64,000 bases of DNA from an uncultured bacterium (GTDB lineage: Bacteria > Eisenbacteria > RBG-16-71-46), in assembly GCA_964589945.1 (NCBI GenBank), contig CAZPVG010000005.1, positions 15,011 to 79,010 of the forward strand, read 5' to 3'. Shown in pieces: positions 46,916 to 55,772 of this stretch. Numbering within the stretch: position 1 is the stretch's first letter; each line of letters opens with the position of its first letter. Position numbers and translations under genes: made by a program. A model generated the notes under the pieces. It did not search any database. It was not told where the DNA came from and was given only the letters and a program-made list of their open reading frames with translations.

Positions 46916-48292
46916 ATGCCCGCGCCGAGGAGACTCCGCACCCTGATCCTGGGTGCCGCCGGCCGCGACTTCCACGACTTCAACGTCTGGTGGAAGCGTC
47001 AGAAGGACGTCGAAGTCGTCGCGTTCACCGCTACGCAGATTCCCGACATCGCCGGTCGCGTCTACCCGCCCGAGCTCGCCGGGCCGGCGTACCCCAACGG
47101 CATCCCGATCCACTCCGAGGACGAGCTCGAGACGCTCGTTCGCGACCTCGCCGTGGACCAGGTCGCCTTCGCCTACTCCGACGTCTCGTACGACACCGTC
47201 ATGCACCTTGCGGCCCGCGCCCAGGCGGCGGGCGCCGAGTTCACCCTGCTCGGCCCGCGGCAGACGATGCTGCACAGCGCCCGGCCCGTGATCGCCGTGG
47301 GCGCCGTGCGCACCGGCTGCGGCAAGAGCCAGACCTCCCGGCGCGTGGCCCGCATCCTGCGCGAGCTCGGCCTGAAGGTGGCGGTGATGCGCCACCCGAT
47401 GCCCTACGGGGACCTGCGCCGCCAGGCGTGCCAGCGTTTCGCGACCCTGGCGGACATGGACGAACACCGGTGCACGATCGAGGAGCGCGAGGAGTACGAG
47501 CCGCACGTCGTCGCAGGGAGCCTCGTCTTCGCCGGCGTGGACTACGAAGCCATCCTGGCCGCCGCCGAGGCGGAGGCCGACGTCATCCTGTGGGACGGGG
47601 GCAACAACGACCTGCCGTTCGTGCGGCCGGACCTCGACATCGTCGTCGTGGACCCGCACCGTGCGGGACACGAGACGCGCTACTACCCGGGCGAGACGAA
47701 CCTGCGCATGGCGGACCTCGTCGTGGTGAACAAGGTCGGCACCGCGGATTCCGCCGCGGTGGAGCAGGTCGAGGCGAACGTGCGGCGCGTGAACCCGCGC
47801 GCGACGGTCGTACGGGCGGCGTCGCCCGTGACCGTCCGGGAGCCGGCGCTCGTGAAGGGAAAGCGCGTGCTCGTGGTCGAGGACGGGCCGACGGTGACGC
47901 ACGGCGAGATGCCCTACGGTGCGGGCTACGTCGCCGCGAAGCAGCTCGGGGCCGCCGAGGTGGTGGATCCGCGCCCGTGGGCCCAGGGCTCGCTGAAGGG
48001 CGTGTTCGAGAAATACGGACACCTCTCCGAGGTGCTGCCGGCGATGGGGTACGGCGACCGCCAGGTCGAGGAGCTGCGGGCGACGATCGCGGCCGTGCCG
48101 TGCGACACGGTGGTGATCGCCACGCCGATCGATCTCGGGCGCATCGTGAAGATCGAGAAGCCCGCGACACGTGCCCTGTACGAGCTGGACGAGCAGGATC
48201 CCGAAGTCCTGCCGAAGGCGATCCGCGAGACGCTCGACCGCCACGCCCGCGCCCAGGAGGCCACGAAGGAGGACCGCCATGCCCACCGCTGA
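46916..48292 (+). CDS. cDPGS-like P-loop NTPase (COG2403), probable arginine synthetase ArcE
   Basis: LILGAAGRDFHDFN, VAFTATQIP, AVRTGCGKSQTSR, RHPMPYG, EEREEYE, WDGGNND, LPAMGY; in an operon with rocD and argF. Confidence 0.78.
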   Translation: MPAPRRLRTLILGAAGRDFHDFNVWWKRQKDVEVVAFTATQIPDIAGRVYPPELAGPAYPNGIPIHSEDELETLVRDLAVDQVAFAYSDVSYDTVMHLAARAQAAGAEFTLLGPRQTMLHSARPVIAVGAVRTGCGKSQTSRRVARILRELGLKVAVMRHPMPYGDLRRQACQRFATLADMDEHRCTIEEREEYEPHVVAGSLVFAGVDYEAILAAAEAEADVILWDGGNNDLPFVRPDLDIVVVDPHRAGHETRYYPGETNLRMADLVVVNKVGTADSAAVEQVEANVRRVNPRATVVRAASPVTVREPALVKGKRVLVVEDGPTVTHGEMPYGAGYVAAKQLGAAEVVDPRPWAQGSLKGVFEKYGHLSEVLPAMGYGDRQVEELRATIAAVPCDTVVIATPIDLGRIVKIEKPATRALYELDEQDPEVLPKAIRETLDRHARAQEATKEDRHAHR

Positions 48293-49517
48293 CCCGGCGC
48301 GCGCCGGGGCCGCGACCGGGAGCGAGACCGAGCGACACATCGCGCTGGCGGACCGTTTCAGCGCGCGCAACTACGCGCCGCTGGAGGTCGTGCTGTCGCA
48401 CGGACACGGTGCCTGGGTGGAGGATGTCGAGGGGCACCGCTACCTCGACATGCTGAGCGCCTACTCGGCGCTCAACTTCGGCCACGGGCATCCGGAGCTG
48501 CTGGCGGCCTTCGCGAAGCAGGCGGAGCGGCTGACGCTGACCTCGCGGGCGTTCCACAACGACCAGTTCGGCCCGTTCTGCGAGGCGATCACGTCGCTCA
48601 CCGGGCTGGACCTCGTCCTGCCCATGAACACGGGGGCGGAGGCGGTGGAAACCGCGCTCAAGGCGGCCCGCAAGTGGGGGTACGAGGTGAAGGGCGTGCC
48701 CGAGGGACGGGCGGAGATCCTCGTCTGCGAGGGCAACTTCCACGGGCGCACGATCAGCATCGTGAGCTTCTCGGACGACGCCCAGTACCGCGAGGGCTTC
48801 GGGCCCTTCACGCCCGGGTTCCGGCTCGTGCCCTACGGCGACCTCGAGGCGCTCGAGAAGGCGATCGGTCCCGACACGGTCGGATTCCTCGTCGAGCCCA
48901 TCCAGGGCGAGGGCGGCATCGTCGTCCCGCCCGCGGGCTACCTCGCGGGTGCGTACGACCTCTGCCGGCGAAATCAGGTCCTGTTCATGGCGGACGAGAT
49001 CCAGACCGGCCTCGGGCGAACGGGAAGGGTGCTCGCGTGCGAGCACGAAGGCGTCCGGCCGGACGTGCTCATGCTGGGCAAGGCGCTCGGCGGCGGGCTG
49101 CTGCCCGTGTCCGCCGTCCTCGCGAGCCGTGAAGTGCTGGGCGTGTTCCGCCCGGGCGACCACGGCAGCACGTTCGGGGGCAACCCGCTCGCGTGCGCCG
49201 TGGCGCGCGCGGCGATCCACGTGTTGCAGCGGGACCGGCTCGCGGAGCGCGCCGCCGCTCTCGGCGAACGCTTCACCGCGATGCTCCGCCGCCACACGAT
49301 GCCCGTGGTGAAGGAGATCCGCGGCAAGGGGCTCCTGATCGGCATCGAGCTGAATCCGGACGCCGGACCGGCGAAGGCCTTCGCGAAGAAGCTCAAGGGC
49401 GAGGGACTGCTGTGCAAGGACACCGTCGAGAGCGTGCTGCGCCTGGCGCCGCCGCTCGTCGTCGAACCGAACGACCTGGAGTGGGCCAGCGAGCGCATCG
49501 CGCGCGTGCTGGGCTGA
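48279..49517 (+). CDS. rocD: Ornithine aminotransferase
   Basis: LSAYSALNFGH, LTLTSRAF, PMNTGAEAVETA, EPIQGEGG, DEIQTGLGRTG, LGKALGGG, HGSTFGGNP. Confidence 0.93.
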   Translation: MPTADPARAGAATGSETERHIALADRFSARNYAPLEVVLSHGHGAWVEDVEGHRYLDMLSAYSALNFGHGHPELLAAFAKQAERLTLTSRAFHNDQFGPFCEAITSLTGLDLVLPMNTGAEAVETALKAARKWGYEVKGVPEGRAEILVCEGNFHGRTISIVSFSDDAQYREGFGPFTPGFRLVPYGDLEALEKAIGPDTVGFLVEPIQGEGGIVVPPAGYLAGAYDLCRRNQVLFMADEIQTGLGRTGRVLACEHEGVRPDVLMLGKALGGGLLPVSAVLASREVLGVFRPGDHGSTFGGNPLACAVARAAIHVLQRDRLAERAAALGERFTAMLRRHTMPVVKEIRGKGLLIGIELNPDAGPAKAFAKKLKGEGLLCKDTVESVLRLAPPLVVEPNDLEWASERIARVLG

Positions 49518-49581
49518 TCGCGACCCGCGCCCCCCGCGCCGAGCGGGGACACCGGGCCGGGGGCCCGGACGGGGAGGGGAC

Positions 49582-50535
49582 ATGACGACGGAACTGAAGC
49601 CCGGGTCGCGCACGGGGCTTCGTCACTACACGTCCGTGAAGGACCTCACGGCCGAGGAAACGATCGCGGTGCTCGAGCTGGCCGAGTCCCTCAAGCGCGA
49701 CCGGGCGGAGGGACGCGCCCACCCGCGGCTCGCGGGCAGGACGCTGGCCATGATCTTCCAGAAGCCGTCGCTGCGTACGCGGGTCTCGTTCGAGACCGGG
49801 ATGACCCATCTGGGCGGGCACGCGATCTACCTCGGCCCGGACGACATCCGGCTCGGGGAGCGCGAGACCACCGAGGACATCGCGGTCGTGCTCTCGCGCA
49901 TGGCGGACCTCGTGATGGCGCGTGTCTTTGCCCACGTGATCGTCGAGGAGCTGGCGCGCTTCTCGGCGGTCCCGGTGATCAACGGACTTTCGGACCACGA
50001 GCACCCCTGCCAGGTCCTCGGAGACCTGCTCACCATCCGCGAGCGGCGCCGGCGCCTGAAGGGGTTGCGCGCGGTGTTCGTCGGCGACGGCAACAACGTG
50101 GCGAACTCGCTGCTCTACGGGGCCGCGCTCACGGGCATGCACTGCACGGTGGCGGGGCCCGAGGAGTTCGCGCCGTCGGGCGAGGTGCTGGAGGAGGCCC
50201 GCCGGCTCGCCCGGGGCACCGGCTCGGAGATCTCGGCCACGACCGACCTCGCGGCCGCCGTGAAGGGTGCGGACGTCGTCTACACGGACGTCTGGACGAG
50301 CATGGGTCAGGAGGCCGAGGCGCGTCGCCGGCGGTCCGCCTTCAAGCCGTACCAGGTGAACGCGGAGGTGATGAACCTCGCCTCGAAGAGCGCGGTGCTG
50401 CTCCACTGCCTGCCCGCCCACTATGGCGAGGAGATCGACTACGCCACGTCGCGGGGCCCCGGGTCGGCGATCTTCGACCAGGCCGAGAACCGGCTGCACG
50501 CCCAGAAGGCGCTCATGGTGACGCTGGCCGGCTGA
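49582..50535 (+). CDS. argF: Ornithine carbamoyltransferase
   Basis: KPSLRTRVSF, HPCQ, DVWTSMG, HCLP, QAENRLH. Confidence 0.92.
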   Translation: MTTELKPGSRTGLRHYTSVKDLTAEETIAVLELAESLKRDRAEGRAHPRLAGRTLAMIFQKPSLRTRVSFETGMTHLGGHAIYLGPDDIRLGERETTEDIAVVLSRMADLVMARVFAHVIVEELARFSAVPVINGLSDHEHPCQVLGDLLTIRERRRRLKGLRAVFVGDGNNVANSLLYGAALTGMHCTVAGPEEFAPSGEVLEEARRLARGTGSEISATTDLAAAVKGADVVYTDVWTSMGQEAEARRRRSAFKPYQVNAEVMNLASKSAVLLHCLPAHYGEEIDYATSRGPGSAIFDQAENRLHAQKALMVTLAG

Positions 50536-50555
50536 CGCCCGGGAAGGCGGGAGGA

Positions 50556-50584
50556 GGGCGGCGGCTCCCCGGGGGCCGCCGCCC
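50556..50584 (+). terminator. GC hairpin after argF
   Basis: GGGCGGCGGCTCC-CCG-GGGGCCGCCGCCC; weak U-tract. Confidence 0.45.
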
Positions 50585-50661
50585 GCGCTTGTGGCGGAAC
50601 CGCGTGGCTCGCTACATTGCCGCATTCCGTCCTCCCGTCGTGCGTCCCGGAAGCCTTCCGC

Positions 50662-51858
50662 ATGTCCGCCTTCACCCAGGAGTGGTTGAACGTCCTGCTG
50701 CGCGGCGCCCACGTGGTCGCCGCCATCCTGTGGATCGGAGACTCCTTCCTGTTCATGTGGATGGACGCCGCGCTCGAACGCCCGCGCGGCGGCCGCGCGC
50801 CCGAGGTGACGGGCGAGATGTGGATGACCCACTCGGGGGGCTTCTACGAGGTCGTGAAGCACCGGACGCTCGCGAAGCTCCCGGACCGGCTTCACTGGTT
50901 CATGTGGCAGAGCTACTCGACGTGGATCACCGGCGTTCTCCTGCTCACGGTCGTCTACGCGTTCGGCAGCCGCGCGATGATCCTCGACGCGACGTCCACG
51001 CTGCCGCACGGGGTGGCGGTGGCCCTGCTCTACGCGGCGCTCGCCGCGGGGCTGCTCGTCTACGAGGGGCTCTGCCGCATACCGGGGCTGCGGGGGTGGC
51101 CGTTCGCCGCGGCGGGCCTGGGGCTGGCCGCCGCGGAGGCGTGGGGCCTGGGGCGGGTGCTCGCGCCGCACGCTGCGCTCCTCCTCACGGGCGCGACGAT
51201 GGGCACGATCATGACCGCGAACGTCTTCTTCGTGATCATCCCGGGGCAGGGGAGGATGCTCGCGGCGACGCGCGAGGGCCGGCCGGCGGACACCGGCGAC
51301 GGCGTGCGCGCCAAGCTCCGCTCCACGCACAACCACTACCTCACGTTCCCGGTGCTGCTCGCGATGCTGTCGGGGCATTTCCCTTCGCTCTGGTCGGGCC
51401 CGCACCCGTGGATCGTCGCCGGGCTGGTCTTCGCCTTCGGGGCGGGCCTCAAGCACGTCATGAACCTCGGGCGGCGCACGCCGTGGCCCGTGGCCGTCGG
51501 CACCCTCGCGTGCCTGGCGGGCGCCGTGGGCATGACGCTGCCACCGGGTCCGGGGGCCGCGACGCTCGCGCTCGCCTCGCACGCGCCCGTCACGGACGAC
51601 GCCGCCCGCGCGATCGTCCTGGCGCGCTGTACGACCTGCCACTCGCCGCACCCGTCGAACGAGGCCTTCACGGCTCCGCCGGCGGGCGTCACCCTCGACG
51701 ATCTCGAGCACATGCGGGCCTACGCCGACCGGATCGTCTACCGGGTGGTCGAGACGCGCACGATGCCGCTCGGCAACCTGACCGGGATCACGGACGAGGA
51801 GCGGCGAACGCTGGGGGCCTGGGCGTGGCAGCAGCGCCACCCCGGGGGCCGGCGGTGA
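50662..51858 (+). CDS. puuD: Membrane urate hydroxylase with C-terminal cytochrome c (PuuD)
   Basis: HVVAAILWIG, WMTHSGGFY, LHWF.W.SY.TW, GTIMTANVF, RSTHNHYLTFPV, CTTCH...MPLGN. Confidence 0.88.
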   Translation: MSAFTQEWLNVLLRGAHVVAAILWIGDSFLFMWMDAALERPRGGRAPEVTGEMWMTHSGGFYEVVKHRTLAKLPDRLHWFMWQSYSTWITGVLLLTVVYAFGSRAMILDATSTLPHGVAVALLYAALAAGLLVYEGLCRIPGLRGWPFAAAGLGLAAAEAWGLGRVLAPHAALLLTGATMGTIMTANVFFVIIPGQGRMLAATREGRPADTGDGVRAKLRSTHNHYLTFPVLLAMLSGHFPSLWSGPHPWIVAGLVFAFGAGLKHVMNLGRRTPWPVAVGTLACLAGAVGMTLPPGPGAATLALASHAPVTDDAARAIVLARCTTCHSPHPSNEAFTAPPAGVTLDDLEHMRAYADRIVYRVVETRTMPLGNLTGITDEERRTLGAWAWQQRHPGGRR

Positions 51859-53243
51859 TCCGCTCCGACCTCGTCGTGCGCGGCCGCCGCGTGGTGCGCG
51901 CGGGGTCCGTCGGGCCGGCGGCGGTTCACGCCCGCGACGGTCGCATCGTGGCCGTCACGCCGTGGAACGAAGTCCCTTCGGGGGTCGCGGTGGTGGACGC
52001 CGGAGAGCGGTTCCTCACGGCCGGCTTCGTGGATGCGCACGTGCACGTGAACGAACCGGGTCGCACGGATTGGGAGGGCTACGCGAGCGCCACCGCTGCC
52101 GCGGCCGCCGGAGGCGTCACGACGATCGTGGACATGCCGCTCAACGGCCGGCCCCCGCTCACGGAACCGGGGGCCGGACGGGCGCGGGTTCGCGCCCTCG
52201 CGGGCGTCGCGCGCGTGGACGTCGCGCTCTGGGGCGGAGTCGTCTCCGCCGACCCATCGGCGCTTCCCGGCCTGGCGGCGTTCGGGGTGGCGGGCGTGAA
52301 GTGCTTTCTCTGCCCGTCGGGGGTGGAGGAGTTCCCGCACGTGGACGAGCCGGCGCTCGATGCCGCGCTGCCCGTGCTGCGCGCGCTCGGCTTGCCGCTG
52401 CTCGCGCACGCCGAGTCGCCGGCCGTGCTCGGACGCGCGGAGCAGGCGCTGCCCGCAGGCGCCGATCCCCGCGCGTATGCGACCTGGCTGGCCTCGCGGC
52501 CGGCGGCGGCGGAGGCCGAAGCCGTGGAGACGCTCGTGCGGCTCTGCCGTCGGCATCGCGCGCACGTCCACGTCGTGCACGTCTCGGGCCGCGAGACGCT
52601 CGCGCTCGTGGCCGCGGCGAAGGCCGAGGGGCTGCCGGTCACGGCGGAGACCTGCCCTCACTACCTCGCCTTCGCCGCGGAAGAGATCGCGGACGGCGCG
52701 ACCGCGTTCAAGTGCGCCCCGCCGCTGCGCGAGCGCGCGCACCGGGAGGCGCTGCGGTCGGCGCTCGACGACGGCACGCTCGACCTCGTCGCGAGCGACC
52801 ACTCGCCGTGCCCGCCCGCGATGAAGGACCTCGCGGGAGGCGACTTCCGGAAGGCCTGGGGCGGGATCGCCGGACTCCAGCTGCTGCTGCCCGCGACGCT
52901 GACCTTCGCGCGTCCTCCTGCGGCCGAGCCCTGTGATGTCGCCCGCTGGCTGGCGGAGGCCCCGGCCCGCCTCGCGGGGCTGGCGGGGCGGAAGGGGACG
53001 CTCGCGCCCGGGTGCGACGCCGATTTCGCGATCTGGTCGGAGGAGGGCCGGACGGTCTCGGCGGGAGGGCTGTTCCATCGCCATCCCGTCACGCCCTGGG
53101 CCGGCCGGCGGCTCGCGGGCACGATCCACCAGACGTGGCTGCGGGGCCGGCTCGTCTATGATGCGGAGCGCGGATTCCCCGACCACCCGCACGGGAGGTT
53201 CCTGGCCGTCTCGCGACGGCCGGCGGAGCCCGCGCCGAACTGA
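51855..53243 (+). CDS. allB: Allantoinase
   Basis: DAHVHVNEPGRTDWEG, DMPLN, HAE, ETCPHYL, FKCAPP, SDHSP, AWGGI. Confidence 0.9.
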   Translation: MIRSDLVVRGRRVVRAGSVGPAAVHARDGRIVAVTPWNEVPSGVAVVDAGERFLTAGFVDAHVHVNEPGRTDWEGYASATAAAAAGGVTTIVDMPLNGRPPLTEPGAGRARVRALAGVARVDVALWGGVVSADPSALPGLAAFGVAGVKCFLCPSGVEEFPHVDEPALDAALPVLRALGLPLLAHAESPAVLGRAEQALPAGADPRAYATWLASRPAAAEAEAVETLVRLCRRHRAHVHVVHVSGRETLALVAAAKAEGLPVTAETCPHYLAFAAEEIADGATAFKCAPPLRERAHREALRSALDDGTLDLVASDHSPCPPAMKDLAGGDFRKAWGGIAGLQLLLPATLTFARPPAAEPCDVARWLAEAPARLAGLAGRKGTLAPGCDADFAIWSEEGRTVSAGGLFHRHPVTPWAGRRLAGTIHQTWLRGRLVYDAERGFPDHPHGRFLAVSRRPAEPAPN

Positions 53244-53254
53244 AGGAGCGCCGA

Positions 53255-54835
53255 GTGTCCCAGCCGTACGCCGTCCCCGAGCCCTTCGCCCGGCTCACGG
53301 AGCTCTCGCTCGACACGACGGGCACGTTCGTGCTCGCCGTGAGCGACGACTACTTCGCGCCCGCGGAAGCGCTGCTGCGCCCACACGCGCCCGAGTGGCG
53401 GGAGGGTGCCTACACGGCGCGCGGCAAGTGGATGGACGGCTGGGAGTCGGCCCGGCGCCGGGCGCCGGGACACGACTGGGTGCTCGTTCGCCTCGGCACC
53501 CCCGGCCGGATCGAGGGCGCCGTCGTGGACACGACCCACTTCAAGGGCAACGCGCCGCAGGAGGTTTCGCTCGAGGCGATCGAGGCCCCGCTCGCCACGA
53601 CGGCCGCGGACCTTCTCGCGATGCCGATCGAGGCTACGAGCGGGGAGCACCGCGCCTCCGGGGGCCACGCGTGGGTCGAGATCGCCCCGCGCGCCGCCGT
53701 GCGGCCGGACGCGGTGAACCTCGTCACCCCTTCAGGGTCACCCGAGCGCGCGAGCCACGTTCGCCTGCGGATCCACCCGGACGGGGGCGTCGCCCGGCTG
53801 CGCCTGTTCGGGCACGTCCGTCCCGATCCGGACGTCTTCCGCGGGCCCGGCTCGATCGACCTCGCGGCGATCGAGCACGGTGGGACGATCGCCCTCGCGA
53901 GCGACTCCTTCTTCGGGCCGCCCTCGAACCTCCTGTTGCCCGGTCGGGGGGTGAACATGGGCGACGGATGGGAGACGAAGCGCCGCCGGACGCCCGGCTC
54001 CGACTGGTGCGTCGTGCGGCTCGGCCGCCGTGGGGTGGTCCAGGCACTCGACCTCGACACCCACTTCTTCAAGGGCAACGCCCCGGTCTCGACGCTGGTC
54101 GAGTCGCTCGACGACCAGGAGGCGACGCCGAAGCGCCTGGCCGCCCGCGAGGGGTGGAACATCCTCGTCGAGCGCACGGCGGTCGGGCCCCACCGCCGGC
54201 ACCGGCTCGTGCCCGCGTTCGCGAGGGTGGCGACACACCTGCGCGTCCACATCGTCCCGCACGGCGGCGTCAACCGGCTGCGGGTCCACGGGGAGGCGCT
54301 CGACACGCCCGCGGAGTCGCGGGCGCTCGTCCGCCTCGGGTCGCTGAAGGGGGCCGCGCGCGACGAGGTGCTGCGGTCGTTCTGCGCGTCGCGGGCGTTC
54401 GCCGAATCGCTCGGCGCGAGGTTGCCGGTCGCGAGCACGCGCGAGCTGGTCGCGGCGGCGACCGCGGTGATCGAGGGACTCGACGAGGCGTCGCTGCTCG
54501 AGGCCCTCGCGGCGCATCCCCGCCTGGGCACGCCACCGCCGCCCGCCGACGCCTCCGCCCACGCGGCGTGGTCCCGGCGGGAGCAGGCGGCGCTCGAGTC
54601 CGGCGCGGCGGGGGACGTCGAACGGCTGCGAGCCGGTGACGAGGCCTACGAAAAGCGCTTCGGGTTCGGCTTCGTGGCCTTCGCATCGGGGCGCGACGCC
54701 GCGGAGCTCGCCGACCTCGTCGAGGAGAGGCTCGCGAACGAACGGCCGGCCGAGATGGCGGCGGCCGCCCGCGAGCAGGCGCGGATCACGCGGCTTCGCA
54801 TCGGCCGCTGGCTCGAGGCCGAAGGCGCGGCCTGA
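53255..54835 (+). CDS. alc: Allantoicase fused to a C-terminal OHCU decarboxylase
   Basis: Two allantoicase repeats (MDGWES.RRR, DT.HFKGNAP, PDGGVARLR; MGDGWETKRRR), then AHPRLG, SRREQ, YEKRFGFGF, EQARI. Confidence 0.88.
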   Translation: MSQPYAVPEPFARLTELSLDTTGTFVLAVSDDYFAPAEALLRPHAPEWREGAYTARGKWMDGWESARRRAPGHDWVLVRLGTPGRIEGAVVDTTHFKGNAPQEVSLEAIEAPLATTAADLLAMPIEATSGEHRASGGHAWVEIAPRAAVRPDAVNLVTPSGSPERASHVRLRIHPDGGVARLRLFGHVRPDPDVFRGPGSIDLAAIEHGGTIALASDSFFGPPSNLLLPGRGVNMGDGWETKRRRTPGSDWCVVRLGRRGVVQALDLDTHFFKGNAPVSTLVESLDDQEATPKRLAAREGWNILVERTAVGPHRRHRLVPAFARVATHLRVHIVPHGGVNRLRVHGEALDTPAESRALVRLGSLKGAARDEVLRSFCASRAFAESLGARLPVASTRELVAAATAVIEGLDEASLLEALAAHPRLGTPPPPADASAHAAWSRREQAALESGAAGDVERLRAGDEAYEKRFGFGFVAFASGRDAAELADLVEERLANERPAEMAAAAREQARITRLRIGRWLEAEGAA

Positions 54836-54858
54836 GGACGGCAACGGGAGGGACCTTC

Positions 54859-55197
54859 GTGGGAATCAGCACGCACATCCTCGACACCGCGCTCGGGCGC
54901 CCGGCCGAGGGCGTCGCGGTCACGCTCGAGGCCCGTCGCGACGGCGAGTGGGTCGCCGTCGGCAACGCCGAGAGCGACGCCGACGGGCGGGTCCGCTCGC
55001 TCGTGCCTGCGGGAAGGGAGATCGCCGCGGGAATGCACCGGCTCCGCTTCGACGCCAGCGGCTACTTCGCGCGCTCGGGGCGGGAGACGTTCTACCCGTT
55101 CGTCGAGATCGCCTTCGTGGTGCGAGATCCCGAGGAGCATCACCACGTGCCCCTGCTGCTCGCCCCGTACGGCTTCTCGACCTACCGCGGCTCGTGA
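54859..55197 (+). CDS. uraH: 5-hydroxyisourate hydrolase
   Basis: STHILDT..GRPA, DGR, HHVPLLL, C-terminal YRGS. Confidence 0.95.
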   Translation: MGISTHILDTALGRPAEGVAVTLEARRDGEWVAVGNAESDADGRVRSLVPAGREIAAGMHRLRFDASGYFARSGRETFYPFVEIAFVVRDPEEHHHVPLLLAPYGFSTYRGS

Positions 55198-55718
55198 GCG
55201 CGCCCCCGGTCCGGACGCTGACCGCGAGGCCGCTCGCGCCGGAGGCGTTCGCGCCGTTCGGCCAGGTGCTGGGCGGGCGCGCGGAACCGGGCCGGCGCGT
55301 GAACCTGGGGTCGGCCACCCGTCACGACCGCGCCGCCTCGCTGGAGAGCGACCGGCCGGAGGCGCTCCCGAACGTCGCGATCTTCCGCTGCGACCCGCGG
55401 ACGCTTCCGTTCCGGGGCACGCTGCTCGAGCGCCACCCCCACTCGACCCAGCTGTTCGCTTCCCTGCGCGGCGGGCGGTGGCTGCTGGTGGTCGCCCCGG
55501 CGCTCGCCGACGGGGCCCCCGACGAGGCCCGTGCGGTTGCGTTCGCCTGCGGGCCCGGCGAGGCCGTGAACATCGCCCGGGGCTGCTGGCACCACCCGGT
55601 GATCGCGCTCGGGGAGCCTGCCGAGCTGCTGATGCTCTCGTGGGAGGACGGGGGGGCCGGCGATTGCGAAAAGCGGCCGCTCGAGCGGCCGTTCGACGTC
55701 GTCGCTCCGATGGCATGA
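55194..55718 (+). CDS. allA: Ureidoglycolate lyase
   Basis: AFAPFGQV, LERHPHSTQ, WHHP; GTGA coupling. Confidence 0.85.
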   Translation: MSAPPVRTLTARPLAPEAFAPFGQVLGGRAEPGRRVNLGSATRHDRAASLESDRPEALPNVAIFRCDPRTLPFRGTLLERHPHSTQLFASLRGGRWLLVVAPALADGAPDEARAVAFACGPGEAVNIARGCWHHPVIALGEPAELLMLSWEDGGAGDCEKRPLERPFDVVAPMA

Positions 55719-55721
55719 CGA

Positions 55722-55750
55722 CGCCCGCTCCCGCGAGGCGGGAGCGGGCG
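55722..55750. terminator. 13-bp hairpin between convergent allA and gltA
   Basis: CGCCCGCTCCCGC-GAG-GCGGGAGCGGGCG. Confidence 0.6.
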
Positions 55751-55772
55751 CGTCGTCCACGAAGGCTTCGGC

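Noticed and set aside
49582-50535. N-acetyl/succinyl-ornithine transcarbamylase, suggested by the SLRT motif
   Set aside because: The DVWTSMG ornithine-binding loop of true OTCases is present.
28073-55750. Intergenic GC palindromes as a REP/MITE family or CRISPR
   Set aside because: The hairpins differ in sequence, occur singly at gene ends and lack spacers; they are best read as terminators.
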